This document shows positions 62,905 to 64,000 of a stretch of DNA of 64,000 nt, one piece after another (within the stretch, counting starts at the first letter, position 1; every line of letters begins with the position of its first letter). The stretch comes from Dicyema japonicum (taxonomy: Eukaryota; Animalia; Dicyemida). The notes under the pieces are model-generated. The model was not told the DNA's origin. It searched no databases and saw only the letters and a list, made by a program, of their open reading frames with translations. The position numbers and the translations under genes were made by a program. The stretch lies in contig RDEW01000042.1 of assembly GCA_011109175.1 (NCBI GenBank), positions 254,504 through 318,503 on the forward strand, read 5' to 3'.

Positions 62905-63380
62905 GCAATCTTAATTCGTCTAGGTCGTCCTCCGTTTTGAGCTTTTTTTCATCTGGTTTCGATCTTTGTTCAAGACAATCGGCAGTGTCGTTCTTGGTCG
63001 TCCACGGAAGGGTTTGTCGCAACTGTCAAAGTAATCTTCCATCGTTTTGTTAGCGGGTGCGTCCGGGTTCATTATTAATACATGTCCAAATAGTATCCAC
63101 CGGGCTTCTATCGCATCCTTGCTTATGTAGGAATACACTTGTTGTAAATACCACTGGTTGATATTCTACGTGGCCACTCCATTCTGAGTAAGCTTCTTTG
63201 TTGCCTTCTATGGAACGAATCCCAAGTCCAGCGTTATACAGTAAGACTGGAAGTTCGTTGAAGGAACTTCCCCAAGTCCCATCGTTGTACAGTAAGACTG
63301 GTTTCACAAAGGCGTTGTCTTTTTTTAACAAACTTAATTTTTTCTTAAAAAACATAAATCCTGAAAATCCTAGTATTGTT
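62905..63380 (-). mobile_element. RTE-like ORF 3' end
   Basis: NAFVKPVLLYN.GTWG; IEARWILFGHVLIM..APAN..YF..RGRPRTTLP. Confidence 0.65.
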
Positions 63381-64000
63381 TTAACTTTTTTCTACCTTGA
63401 TTTTCTACAAACCAGATTCTATTGTTTTATAGTCAAAAACACATACGAAATAAGAACTCTTATAACCCATTTAACCAAATTGTCTGAGATTACTTTTCTG
63501 ATCTATTCATACAGGTGATCACAGAACTAGTGATCGTTTTGTTTCAATATTTATTCAATTTCTCAAATATATCAAATTGAAATATTTACAATCAACCTTA
63601 CTCATTTTTATATCCTCTATTTTGACAAAAAACCCACTAATCATCCAAAATAATTTTAAGATGAACTAAATTCAATTTTGAAATATTCATTTACTGCATG
63701 CAATAATTGAAATATTCATTTACTGCATGCTAATTCCATTTAGTGCATGGTCATGTCTCTACATGGTGGGAATTTATATTCCATCACAATGTCCACATGT
63801 GGTAATCTCCAGTTATATTTTTGCATCTTCAGATGAATCTCATCTGTTTAACAATTAGTCTGCAGGCTTAGTTTTTTCTTTTACATTAAAAAGATATCTC
63901 CTCAATTTAATCGATAGAGTCAAAAAGCTTGAATATTATTTTTTCTATCACTTGAACAAGATCTCTTATCTGATCAGAATCACATTCATCTCCTTTCCTT

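Noticed and set aside
63678-63730. 24-bp direct repeat with period 29
   Set aside because: Simple local tandem duplication with no further structure

Overview
AT-rich eukaryotic (animal-like) scaffold, not prokaryotic. Most of the window is transposon debris around a few host genes. Host genes: RNA polymerase III subunit POLR3F/RPC6 (complete, 6 introns), a ZYG11/ZER1-like LRR/ARM gene, a partial and divergent pyrroline-5-carboxylate reductase, UTP20 in two pieces, and an internal part of IFT172 sitting between the UTP20 pieces and bounded by single Ns. These genes are cut by very short GT-AG introns, mostly 21-30 nt. That, plus a cilia gene, suggests a dicyemid-type mesozoan parasite (inference only). 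Mobile DNA: one near full-length and five truncated CRE-like RLE retrotransposons, two R4/Dong-like elements of a type I recall from microsporidia, many APE-type LINE/RTE relics, two tRNA-headed SINE families, two hAT elements with intact TIR/TSD, a Tigger/pogo element and two Ginger-like integrase elements. Best leads: (1) a CRE-like retrotransposon with an N-terminal PHD finger carrying the H3K4me3-reader signature; (2) DNA transposases with host-sized 22-28 nt introns, including a presence/absence difference between copies; (3) a highly structured SINE family with covarying stems; (4) strong, frame-independent enrichment of CACGTG. All homology calls come from remembered motifs, not database searches. 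Boundaries of degraded relics are approximate, and frameshifts (likely sequencing indels) are common.
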